The notes beneath the pieces were generated by a model, which saw nothing but the letters and a program-made list of their open reading frames with translations, was not told the DNA's origin and made no database searches. The position numbers and the translations under genes were made by a program. From the NCBI GenBank assembly GCA_003344405.1, contig NOWV01000159.1:124001-181153 (forward strand): 57,153 nt of DNA, in the 5' to 3' direction. The stretch is from Trichoplax sp. H2 (lineage: Eukaryota). This document shows, one piece after another, positions 41,272 through 57,153 of the stretch. Numbering within the stretch: the stretch's first letter is position 1; each line of letters starts with the position of its first letter.

Positions 41272-43070
41272 CCCTATTTTTGGATAAAATCAAGGGCAAA
41301 GTTATTGAAGGAATCAACCGTGCAATTATAGGTTTTTGTTTGACACTCGAAGTCATTCAATCAACTTGACTTCACAGAGAAAATTCAGTGTCCACTGGTG
41401 GATCCACTATACACGTAACAATTCTTAATTTTCCAACTTGTCAGCCAGATTGGTATTTCACTAAGATCTTATCTAATGTACTTTATGAGCATTGAGAGAT
41501 AAGAAAATTACCTTCCGTGCGACTACCCTCTGATTACTTCCACAGCCCTTGTTTAATTTCTTGCAATGACTTTACAACTTATAAGAAACGTACCATCACT
41601 ACGAAAATTTCATAAATTTTCTTTGTTCGTTCTATTGTTTCAATAGCACGTATTGTTAAAGACATTCTCTGATATTAATATCAACGTTATTGATTTCTTA
41701 CAGTTAATTATAATTATTACTCTATTGTGAGCCATTTGCGTCACGAAGTTTGATTCTGAGTTAGCAATTTTTTTATACAGCACAATCTACCGATCAAACT
41801 TGAGAAGTAACGTATATCGAAGTACTAACAGTATTCAAGTGTAGGAATTGCACCTATACGAAAAGAAAAGCACTAATATGTGCGTAAATAATTCGTACAA
41901 AATTAAATAAAGGGCAGTACTTTGCGACGGCACTTTTTCTTTTCCTTTGACATGATCGATAATTATAATCGTTAAGCTACATTGGGGCAGTATTTTGTTT
42001 ACTATCAATCTTTATTCTTAGACCAGGTGCTTTGGGATCCTTTGTTGATTCACTGAAAATCAATATAGCAAATTTCAGGAATCTACAGTCGAGTAATACA
42101 CGCCAATTTGAGAACAGTCGCAACAGTATTACGCGTTATCTCCATTCGCAACAGATCATAATGATCATATACATGTTAAGTCCGTGCACTGTCCGTTACA
42201 TGCATGCGTGACAGTCTGCGGCATTTACAGAATTAGATTCTTGGTTATGTTCGAGTTGAGGTAGAAGCAAAGTAGGTAATGATGGCGATGACTTAGTAGA
42301 GATAACCCATTCAGCATTACTAATTACCGTGCGGTACGAGCGGATAGCCTAGTAGGAATTCGAATCTTCACTTGCTATACTGTATGTGCAGTACACTGTA
42401 TAGTACTCTAGCGCTATTACAATGACAGTAATCATAATCTTTCGAGACACGATGATTTTATAAATATAATTTCTATGGGCGTCAAGAAAATACTACTTTT
42501 ATGTACGAGAGTATACCGGCTAAACTTGTCACAGTGAGTTGCGTGAGCAGTATAATGCAACGATGAGGTTTCGTAAAACAGTTACTTAAATTTATGTACT
42601 TGGCAAATACAGCAGTTTAAGCAATCATGGGAACGCTAAAGTCATTAAGAATTGATTGATCTATTAATAATAATGAAATTTAACAATAACTTTCTGGTTT
42701 ATATTATTTCGTGCTTGGTAAACATTTTACTTTAAAGTAGGTTTGCAACTTTATTTACCAATAATTATAATTATATCTTCTACTTTATAGGAAAGAAAAT
42801 GAATCTATTGCGTCAACCTTCCGTAATTTATGGCGAAAAATGCTATAATGTCATAGTTCTACAGTAACAGAAGTATAATTCAATGTTACGTTTAATTTAG
42901 TATTTCGCATAATCTTATTGATCGAGAAGTGAAGGTCTCGGACACGACTAGTGCACATTCTACAGTACCCGCTGACTGAGCGAGTACGGTTTGCACATTT
43001 TTTGAATAGCCTCGTAAACTGCATCTCCAGCATGTCCTGTTCCTAGTGCTGGTGATAGAAGTTTTTCAGG

Positions 43071-43480
43071 TCTACAGTACTGTACTGTACAGTACAGTAG
43101 TGTAAGTAAACGGTACGTTACAGTCTATTATTATTACGGTATTGTACAGGATAGTACAGTACTGTACTGTACAGTAAAGTACAGTACTGTACTGTATACT
43201 GTACAGTACTGCACAGCGACAGTACTGTACAGTACAGTAATGTACAGTACTGTACAGTATACTACAGTATACAGTAACGTACTGTACTGTACTGTACAGT
43301 ACAGTATAGTAGTATAATGTCCCAGTACTACACTACTACAGTATAGTACAGTACTGTACAGTATAGTATATAGTACAGCATGTTACGTACTGTATGTATA
43401 TATACAGTATACAGTATATACTATAATACAGTATGCCCATGATAGCCATATGATAACAGCAATACAGTACAGTATATAGT
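43071..43480. repeat. Largest (TACAG)n/(CTGTA)n block; between divergent SYT7 and BTBD10
   Basis: ~400 bp made almost entirely of TACAG/CTGTA/TATAG variants with repeated AGTACT and TGTACA inversion points. It ends ~100 bp before the BTBD10 ATG. Confidence 0.92.
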
Positions 43481-43576
43481 AAATAAAAAAGTCTAAAAGA
43501 TACGTTATTGCATAAAAAAATGAGGTATTTTTAGTTTTAGCGAAATTTTACATCATTATCAGACGGTGATCGTAAA

Positions 43577-46634
<3,058 letters not shown>

Positions 46635-46937
46635 CCGAAAGCAGTCATCGAACAAATTTTTAATTTAGCTCTTAAGCAGTTTGTTTACTGTACGTAAGTA
46701 CAGCTAATATTTAAAGTAATGTCCATATATTTGTATTATATAACCTTACTTTTATTGTCGAACATTATCAAATAAATCTGTTCGAAGAAAATTCTCTGAA
46801 TCATTATTTAAAAATCTTACAAATATCTCGTTTGAGACGATGATTTGATAGCCAGTATCGATGAAATATCCGGTTAGAATACAGTGCAATTAGTTATTGA
46901 TTAAAATAGACGAGACAATAGCTGATTGATCCGATTG

Positions 46938-49900
46938 CTATCTCTTTGGTGTAACATTTACCGAATCTGTATCAACGTTAAAGTCCCAAATTTTGATTTC
47001 GTGGTCATATGACGCGCTAGCAATTCTAAGCTCATCAAAATGGATAGAATTAACCACGTCCATGTGGCCTCGTAAGGTCTGAATACATGTGCCCCTGAAT
47101 AATTTAAAGGTGTTAATTATTTAGTACTTGACTTTAAAAGGAATATCACTAAATGAATGAATATCTTAGTTGTCATCATACGCTGTGATACTTTATGAAA
47201 CAGATTTCTTACTCTTTTATGTCCCAATACTTGACGAAGCCATCTCTTCCAGCACTAACAATGTAGCCAATCACATTATCTGGATCAGTCATTCTCAGCT
47301 GCAGACATTCAATTCTAATTTGCAAATCAATAAGGTTTATCTCATAATTTACTTAAGGGAAGGAAGTAAGTTAAAAATCAATTGTACCTTCTGCTATGAC
47401 CAAGGTATTGACGAACCTTATCGCCAGTTTTGGCATTCCATAGCGTTATAATGGTATCAGAAGAAGATGCTATGAATCCCTATAGTAGGTAGAAGATCAC
47501 TATATCACGGTAGCTATTTACGAAACAGATATCTCAAAGTTTTTCATACCATATTGATATTAACGGCCATGACGGATGAGGCATGACCAGCCCAAATAAT
47601 TCGGTGACAGTCTCCGTTAATAATATTCCATAGACGAATACTCTGTAAAATTAAAGCGGTCAACTGAAGAATTTTTTCTTAGATAGTATTGCTATATCGT
47701 AATGACAATTGTGATGATATTCATATAACGATGTGCAAAAATGGTAGCGATAGAAGAAAGGAGCTTTATTAGTACAACAGCTAGATCCAGTGAACACGGA
47801 GATCAATGACAACACGAAGGTAACCCCTCAATGCAACAACTGACTTTAATTATATCTAACACATACTTATATAAGTGCATGCAGTACAATCGTAGCATAC
47901 AGGATAGTGCTTGTTAACAGCTCTTGACGGTACTGCAATATGTACATATGTATGAAGCAATATAGTAAGTATAACTATCACGCGATTGACGTCAATCGCA
48001 GCGCTAAACAACATAAGAAACAATCAACTATCGTGCATAAGTAGGTGCACGGTAGTCATATCACAACAATCATAGTAAAAATAGCCTTCAAACTCTATTG
48101 CCTAGATAATATATATATAAAAGCATACATATAGTGGTAATTGGAAACCTAACTCAGTAATATCGTACAGTAGTTTGGCATTACAGTAATAGATTGGATA
48201 ATAATTGATATATACAGTACACTGTCGCGCAGATAAACCGTAGTATATTATCGATTGAATACAGCAAATGTTTCGAAATAAAGGGCTAGAGAAAGATCGC
48301 AGTTTAAATTCTTGGACTTTAATTAGTGAAGATTTAAGCTAAACATGCTTGCTTATTTGCGGATTCTAGCATAGATCTTGATATTTTTAACTGCTATAAA
48401 GGTGTACTTACCCTGTCTGCCGATCCTGTAAGAGCAATCGAAATGCTATCATCAATATCGACAGCAAAAACTGCAGCAGTATGACCAGATAATGTTAAAA
48501 GCAGCCTGTGTCTTCTGATATCCCATAACTTTGCAGTTTTATCCTGAGAACCACTAAGCAGCAGGTCACCTTTTCTTTCAATCGCCCAAACTGGCCCATT
48601 ATGACTATATAAAGTTCTACACGAGGCAAATGTGATTCTTTAAGTACGCGTGTAATATACACTTTCATAATATGTGCAATTTAGGAATCTAGCAAATTGT
48701 CAGAGTCAAATCATCACAAATCAGTGATCTAGAACGTCAGGATTGTAATAAATTTTTGGGCTTCTGCAGGATTAAGAAATTAAAGAGAACTTTACAATAC
48801 ATACTTCAAGCAAGCACCAGATTTTATATTCCAGATCTGCAGATGTCAGAGAAGATGTCAGTGGCCATCAAAAATAATTGTGAACTGAATTGATAGCTCA
48901 GGAGTTAGTAAGTCTATTATATCTTTAGAATAGCATGACAATCATAATGTTCTGCGCAGATTTTACTAATACTTGTGAAGTAGTGAAAGTGCTAAATGCT
49001 CATATTAGCGATAAAGTACATAAAAAGCAATACATATGATTGTGCTGTACTAACCTTGATAGAGCCATCATATGATGAACTCACTAGTGAATTTCGGCCA
49101 TAAAACCTTATTGCCCAGATACCACGCTAAAACGAACAATGCAAGCATAATGTCAATACAAATTTAAAGGTTTATTAATAGTTATTATCAGTGAGTAAAT
49201 CGCCAATAGTGCAATAAATATATAATATATTTACACGTAGACTTGGCTGGTACAGCTTTAATGCTCATGTGTAGCACAGCAATTACTGTAGTAATATTGT
49301 AGGACGAAATGATTGAGCATTGATTGCCTAGCTAAATATACGTTTGCAGTTCATAATACCGTATGTCCTTTAAGTGTCTGGAGCAGCATTCCAGTCGAAG
49401 AATTCCATATTCTACATAAAATGTTAATATTTAAATAAGAATATTTTTTCGTTATTTTTGGAAATACAACTATGCAACCTTGACTGATAACGTGTTAATA
49501 CCGAAGTGTCCGATCTAAGCTTCCACTAGCCATTCTTCGGCCGTTAAAACGAACACACAAAACTCTAAGATTTTCAAATTGTATTCAGTTTTACAATCAA
49601 TAGAAATATTTATATCATCGTTCGTAAAGCAAAAATAATTTAAGAAAAGTAACTAAATATGCTGCACACAATTACGCACCGATTGGAATGTCCGGATACT
49701 TCTAGTACTCTGCAACGACCTCGTTCCCAATTTTTTCGTAAAGTTAGATTGGTTTGAAATATTCTTTTCCAGAGAGCCTGAGCACTTGCTGAATGCGTTA
49801 GTGTTGTTTGGACTGGAATGTCTTTAGAGAATATTTATGGTTAGTGTTACGAGATCTAACTAGTCACTTACTGTACAATGATTCGTTGAACCTGCGGTAG

Positions 49901-52900
49901 TAACATTGCAATAGATCTACAATATTTATTACGCTAACCTATCTCTGTGTTATCTCCTAACTCTAACTGTAAATTAAAGCTATCTGCTCTCAATCATCTT
50001 ATCTTCGTCTCCATAAAGAATAGTTAACATTACAGTTATTAGTAGTTGTAACTGTTATGTATATTACGCGCATAATTTTACTGATCTTGCTAGCATGAAG
50101 GTACTATCCAACCCTCAGTTACATGCTGAATCCACAGCTTATGCGCATATACGTTGTATGTAAGCATATATTAATTAATCTATATAATACCATGTTAGAC
50201 TGCAATACTGCATCTTAACAATACGGTAGTAGTATTACATTTTAATTATACATATAGATGATTATATCATATCTAATTATACAATTATTACCACATATGA
50301 ATTACACTACATGTATAAGCATATATTTATACAGATTTCAGTAACGCTATTCAATGCAACTCTTTTGTGATATGCTCTTTGATTAAACGGCTACGTACTA
50401 AAGACATGCATTTCTAAAGCTCGCAAATAAACATTGCAATAAAAGTTGTTCTAATAATAATCCTATGCGCTGTTTCAATAGAACATAACATATCTCAAAT
50501 ATGCTATTGTAGATAATATGTCTAGGAATTGTAGCCGTATAATAAATATATAATTATAAACAGAGAACGTTACAATTACGACATACATCATATATCATAT
50601 ACTACAGATGGTTCTGGATAAGAAAGTTACTAACGGATTTATGTACCGTTACAAATGTAGAATCTTGCAATGTGGCTTCCTTGATTGCTATATGTATTAG
50701 CTTTCACCTACCTACGATTTTACTTTCTTTACATTTCAGCTTCCATAGCTGATCATTTTCCGCCAACATCTGCCATTTCAGGCTCACCTATAAACGTTAT
50801 GTAAGGCATTACTAAAGTTTCTACTGGCGTCATACAAGTATCCCGTACTGGTAGATAAGCTTATACTGTATTTTTCTTTACGTGGGATATTCTATTCTAT
50901 CTACATCTGATAAACGCCGCTAGATTATGATTGGAGCAATAACCGAAAAGATAAATAAGGTGTAGCTAACTTTAATCTTGCAATCAACTAATAATTAATT
51001 ATACAAGATACATTTATTGATTTTGAAGTTGATGCGTACAATTAAGAAGCACATGAGTGATTGTTGCGTTAGCTTTATGATTTGTAGTAAGTGAAATATT
51101 ACTGAAAGTTAGCTTCACTGAACATAACATACTTAATTTAAAGGGACACCTGCAGTAGACTATTTTTAGTAATGAATTATGTTATTATGAGATGTAATAA
51201 TAAGCACTTCAGAAGGCAAGATTATTTCGTGATGTTATAGTTCCATTGGGATAAATTCAAGATTCGAGAATTTACTACAAAATAACTGATCAAATAGTAA
51301 TTTACTATCTAGTAGCTGCTGCAATATTTCTTTTATTAATTATCTGAATAGAAGCCGATTTAAGCTGATATATTTGCGTTCTATTTGGTATATGTGACAA
51401 AAAATACTAGGGAAATAGTTATAGTTTTTAGAGATCACAGTCATATTAGAGCAACTACTTTCGTATCCTTGAGTTTTTCAAGATGTGTAAGTAAGTAAAA
51501 CTATTATTTCGGATTTTCGGTTAAAAATTTCATCTTTTGATTAAGTCATTCATGTTATTGATTAATTATATATAGTACTGTAAGACAGCAAAACATTAAT
51601 CGGATATAAACCTACTTTCTCAAATATTACGAAACGATGTGACCTTGAATGCGAAAGGTTAATTTAATAAAATTGCCGCTAACTGTAATATTGTAGTGTA
51701 CTGTTCTGACCTTGTGTAAAATGTTGCGAATACTTCATGTAGTACTACTGTTCTGTGAAAATTAGTATATACTATAATGTTGCCTACGTAAAGATAGTTT
51801 ATGAGATATGCTCAACCTTACAACAGTATTATTAAGTACTGTACTCAAGGGTTAGATTATGAATCCGTACCATGCAATATATTGATACCTCTGGCATGCT
51901 ATCAGGTTGTGATATACCCAATCTATGCATGCAAGGAGGTAGTGCCATAATGATAAAAGATTATGACTCGAAACTTTAAGTGTCGTATGAGGTGTATCTT
52001 TTGTTTTATTCGCTAAGAATAAAATCTTGTTTTTCCTTAGATCCCTTAAGAGAGTGTACTTTTATACATAGACATATTTCTTTAAGCCGCAATCATAATA
52101 ACTCATCTTGCTATATTGAAATAAGCCTGAACACGCGTGAAGGGATATATGCTTATCCTCATTTATAGCTATTTGCAGATCTAACTGATCGAGTTTACAT
52201 ATACCAACTGTTTAGACAACGTTCTGTTGTAGTAAGTTAAGTTTATAAATATACTATTAACGAGGAGCGTGAAATCTATAACAGTGTTTCCAATCGTACA
52301 ATTCAGTTATCGAATAATATGAGCAAATTTCAGCATTTTTTACATATCAGCTTGCATGCAACTTTAATAGAGTAATTAGTGTGAATACTAACTCACCATG
52401 CTAGCTATAAATAATTCTCTTGCATCTAGGAAGGTAAGAATTTTTAGTGACAAATTCTGAGGTAGTTCAGCAATGAAATCCCTGTGAAGACGGACCTATA
52501 ATTTTAATTAATGCAATTCGTTATAGTTTTCTGGAAAGTGATTCAGTACAACACCTCATGCGTTTCATACTATAGGCAACATGTGAGTAAATGTAACAGT
52601 ACTATAGTCTCTCTCAATGCGTCTAATACACGTATGTTGAATTACAATACCGTACTATGCAAGATATACTAAAAATAGTATATTTATAAATTGATAAGCT
52701 TTATACAATCTCAATTTTTCTACGAACCGATAAAAGTCCTGCTAAGTCATACATTAATGGTGCATTTAAAATTTTAACGAGCTGCTTTAAGAATTCATGT
52801 CTTTGAAATGTATTCCATACGTTCTGAAACCAGTTAATTACAGTTTCCTCTTCATCTACGTTTGAAATTGTGATGTTTTGCTAATAAAAAATATTGATAA

Positions 52901-55900
52901 AAATAAAGAATTTAATCATCAGTACGATTTTTGGAGTATCACTTTTAAAAAAATTGATTGATATAAATTGATCGGTTTTATTGCTAATCTTTAAAATAAG
53001 CTATCGTATTACTGCCGTGCACCTACTCATGCACAATCGTTCATTGTTTCTTATGTTGTTTATGCTACGAGTATACAACATGCAGTTATATACAGTATAT
53101 ATATGTGTTAGATGTAACTAAAGTCAGTTGCAGCACTGAGGGGTTAGCTTCATGTTGTCATTGATCTCTCTATGTTAGCTGGATCTGGCCGTTGCACTAA
53201 TTGTAACGGAACTGTAATATTGTAAACATAGAATTATTAAGCTACGGTTAGTAAACCCTGACGTGATGTGTTCGAGTTTTAGTGATACAGTTACAGTAAT
53301 CGCCTTGTATTGTAAACACTGTACGCTAGCAGCGTACTGCAATTGTAATTGATGTATTGCATAATTATTGCATACAGTATACTCGTATGCGACATAGACC
53401 GGCTATAAATACTAATGTATCGTGAGCAAACAGACAGACGCGAGAGCAGTGGAATAGGAATAAAGAGCATGTTGAATTGCAGCCTGAGGGAATATCAAAC
53501 TGCTTGAGACTTATATAACGATACACTAATAAAGCTCCTTTCTTCTACTGCTACCTTCTATATACACATCGTTATATTATTTGAACATTATCACATAAGC
53601 TATGTATCACCATAGTCTTACTGACATACTCGATAATGACTGATGCAGTAATGGTACGCATTACATGATGCATATGTATAATTAATGCTCAAAAAGCATT
53701 CGAATAAGAAACAACTTGCTTATTATCATAAAGCACGTACTATTATTTTTTGTTTTACTGTCAATCCTAAGGAACGTATAAGTCATACATTATACACATC
53801 TATCCATCCGAAATAGTTTAATTGTAATGTCATAACACGCACATTTATTCTTACTACGAATCTGTGGCGTTCATTGCGAGACAAGCAATATCTAGCAGGT
53901 TATGTGTAAGATAGTGTTAATGAGAAGATGTTATTACGAGATATTATAATACTATAGCACATGATGCGGTATACAATATTATGTAAGAGGTAACGATGTA
54001 ACTGTAACTTGTATGCCAATGTATGTTGATGAGTTATCGGGTTCAGCACAGCACGGTACTATATTACTTCGACTGTATATCAGAAGCTAGTATTGAATAA
54101 ATTCGGCATTATTTTGTTGGCCTTATTCTGTATTTCTATAAGCTATTCTAAGCTGGATACATAGCATAACTGATGTATGCTTACAGCCCTGGAATATTCG
54201 GGATTAACTTAGATATTTCTTAGGATTATCCAATTCTAAGGGTTGACACTACCAGTATTATACAAGCATAAAGCATAATACGGTAGCCTATGCCTAGTCT
54301 GAAGTTAGGAGCTATTGTATAACACATACCAAATAATATTCAGTATATACAATGCTGTACCTGTAAAGGAACACATTCGCGTCCTTTCATAATCGATATG
54401 CGTCTATGATGGTCTCTATTATCAGAAGAAAAACTTCCAGTTAACAGATAACAAGATAATAAAAAAGATTACATGTACAACAATTAGGCTAAACTGACCC
54501 GGTTCTCGCCGTAATAGTTGGAATTTCATTTTTTTGCATATGTCTACGTAAGATATCACCATCCGTAGATCTGATAGTAGACCTTTCTATACCTTTAGAG
54601 CTTAAAAATAATGTTGCTATTTAAAACGCATTACTAAACTTAATATGTGCCAATTCGCAGTACTGTATTAAATTAAATTTTATATTTTCCTTTATTTATA
54701 AATTATATAATGGAAGTTTGGTGAACTTATAGTGCAATGATCTGTTTGATTTTTATTGCATGACTATCTTAGTCTGTTAAGTGTATATTTATTTCAATAA
54801 TTTCTTTATCAAATATTTCATCGTGGTATTTTTGAGAGTGCAGTAATTATAATCTTACTTGAAAAGATAATCCCTTCCTGGATTAGCGTAAATTGTTGGT
54901 AACACTGATTCTTTTTTGAGTCCTTCTGGAGCGTTGTTACTTTGACACAACTGCTTTATATCGGTCTGATTTTTACAAATACAATTAGATATTGATATAT
55001 TCGTATTTTCTGTGCTATTTCGAAATCAATTAAACATACAAATATTGTAACTTACCATACTTCTAAGCATCGCACTTTGCATTCTGTGAATGGTTTTCTC
55101 ATTCCCCTAAGTAGTAATAACTGTAGTTTCAATTGCTTATACGTTAGGGTGGCAAGAACTAAATTGGCTACTGGGTACATCTTTTAGTGACGAAGCTATT
55201 TATGCCTAGTAATACCTTCGACCGAAGCCTTCTTTCTTCTAATCTACGTCGTATTTGTCTACTCCGATGGGTTGATATGGGCATAAAACCGTGATAGGGA
55301 TGGTCTAGACTGGAGCTGTAAAGGAAATCTCGATGTAAAGCCGGTTCAGAGACCTACAATTAACCCAGGACACATATATCATAAAATTAATATTATTAAC
55401 TGCTAGCATTAATAAGTTTGGTGCAGTTGACCAAAGATACTGTTTAGAAAGAAATATTCAAACAGAGCTTGATTTTAGTATGCATTGAACTGAAAAAGAC
55501 AAATCAGCAATGTCGTTTACGTTATACTTTATGTAGCTGCATTGCACACATTATATACTGATCATTCATAAGAGTTATGTTGTACAATCATGTGTGATAT
55601 GGTTTATATAGTAATAGCTAGGTAATAGCCTTTATTATAGCACTTTATGTTTCACCTTTGTTGTAACTTAGATCACAGCATGTAATTATTATATATTCTC
55701 TATTTAAGAACTTACGCTCCAAAGAAAATTCATTTCATCCAGCGTACAAATCCGTAGTAGTTTTTGAAGAAAGCCGACGCACTGTTTTAAAATGTTAATA
55801 AACCAAATGAAATTCGAACTACTCTAAGTAATGTCCTTATTTAAGTATCACAAAATACTATATTAAACTCGTGTATTAACTATATTTAGATTATTTACAT

Positions 55901-56090
55901 ATCTTAAAATGATATACAAGTATATTAAACTACTTCGATTGAATTCGTCGTACATTTATAAGTTTTGATGACTTACTAGCTCATGCGTCCAGAAAGTTAA
56001 CCACCTAGCTACATGGTCTAGCTGTTGTTCGAATTGTATGCTAATTTCGGTCGTAGGTGACGGCCTTGGATATTCCTTAGACACGGACAT
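46938..56090 (-). CDS. F-box/WD40-repeat protein (FBXW7/beta-TrCP/Met30-like architecture) with two D-domain-like segments, ~656 aa
   Basis: 20 phase-compatible exons: 56090-55977, 55781-55716, 55353-55216, 55106-55056, 54965-54859, 54600-54499, 54415-54361, 52880-52728, 52495-52397, 50787-50712, 49821-49680, 49564-49502, 49411-49360, 49126-49055, 48836-48805, 48616-48412, 47642-47550, 47479-47388, 47314-47213, 47094-46938. F-box: RDFIAELPQNLSLKILTFLDARELFIASMVSLKWQMLAENDQLWK. About 7 WD40 repeats (e.g. ASGSLDRTLRIWN, LSGSQDKTAKLWD, ASASYDHEIKIWD). Confidence 0.88.
49933..50014 (+). repeat. Dispersed ~85-bp repeat, copy 2 (in F-box/WD40 gene intron)
   Basis: Shares TATCTCTGTGT-ATCTCCTAACTC and ATCTTATCTTCGTCTCCAT blocks with 3272-3359. 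Confidence 0.85.
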
Positions 56091-56697
56091 TGCGATGTTC
56101 GATAAGGTAAGCTGCTGTATATTTACGAAAAAAATTGTTCTAATATATGTCAGAGTTTGTTTCTTGCATCTTACAATCTACTTAAAAATACAAATTGAAA
56201 TGTACGATATCTGATCACTATGTATCTTATCTTAACATGTACTGTACTGTACAGTATTTCATAAAAATGTAATAAATTTTGCGCTGTATTTTAATGGTAC
56301 TCTACGGACTACGGAAAGATTTTCTGGATAAGTCTGAAAGCTAGCTTTATTACTATCAGTTCCAATGCAGGCTGCAGTACTTTAGCGATTAAATAGTTAC
56401 CTGTGGTAAATGTACGGTATATTATGTATATAACATATACATATGCTGTATATACATACGTATATATTCTTACGGTATATTAGTGTAACCCACGCCTGTT
56501 CTACTTCGCAAACTGTATACAGCCTGTACGCACGTACTTGTACTTTTTACTTTGCATGATATTAATTATATTATTTATAATAGTATTGTATACTGTAGCA
56601 ACGTCAGTACGTTACGATAGAGGGTGTCATCTGATATTTAAATATTGTATAACAGCAGAAAAGTACAGAATTGATAAATCAATTAAATCTTCAAACT

Positions 56698-56711
56698 GTT
56701 GCCATGGTAAC
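56698..56711. promoter_or_regulatory. RFX X-box
   Basis: GTTGCC-AT-GGTAAC, a near-perfect palindromic X-box, ~610 bp upstream of the F-box/WD40 ATG. An acceptor just before that ATG suggests an upstream 5'UTR exon closer to the box. Confidence 0.78.
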
Positions 56712-57153
56712 GGGAAGCATACCGTATCGGGCTGTGCTACAGTATACTGTAAGGTAATGTAAAGTAAATCAGATAAACACTGTTAGTAAAATGGAATAAA
56801 ACAAAATAAACTAGTGCACGAAATCATAGCAATATCTACTTTACCATAGTTAATTAACAATGATATTATTGTTAGGATTGCTAGATAGGTGTACGTGTAC
56901 ATGCGTCGAGTTTAGTTAATTAATCACTAACGTGTAGAGTCAGTTAGTGCAGTACCATAACCTCACTTCTATCATATCATTGTAGAAGTGCAATCAAAAT
57001 GACTCTTAAGTCTAAACTCGACTGCGTGCATTTATGTAATGGTATAGTGCAGGACATACTACCATATCTTATTAAAGCGTAGATAAAAAATAAAAATTAA
57101 ATTTGATTCCTATCCTCCACACGATTGACTAATCTGTACCCTACTACTGTACA

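Noticed and set aside
43071-43480. Repeat block considered as CRISPR array or telomeric repeat
   Set aside because: Eukaryotic context, 5-bp unit, no unique spacers, not TTAGGG.

Overview
Eukaryotic, AT-rich, gene-dense window with many short GT-AG introns (mostly ~65-200 nt) and abundant (TACAG)n/(CTGTA)n arrays. Together these suggest a placozoan (Trichoplax-like) genome; this is an inference. Manually spliced genes in order: TMEM258 (+, with a probable U12-type intron); an uncharacterised micro-exon EF-hand protein gene (-) that the ORF track barely shows; synaptotagmin-1-like (+); CEP290 (+, ~55 exons); a decayed synaptotagmin-like pseudogene (-); synaptotagmin-7 (-); BTBD10/KCTD20 (+); and an F-box/WD40 protein with a duplicated D-domain-like N-terminus (-). 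Two canonical RFX X-boxes lie upstream of the EF-hand gene and the F-box/WD40 gene. With CEP290 and two Ca2+-competent synaptotagmins, the window reads as a cilia/Ca2+-sensing neighbourhood with apparently ancient linkage to human 11q12/12q21/11p15. No rRNA, tRNA, CRISPR or intact transposon was recognised. All gene models and homologies were read by eye; no database search was run.
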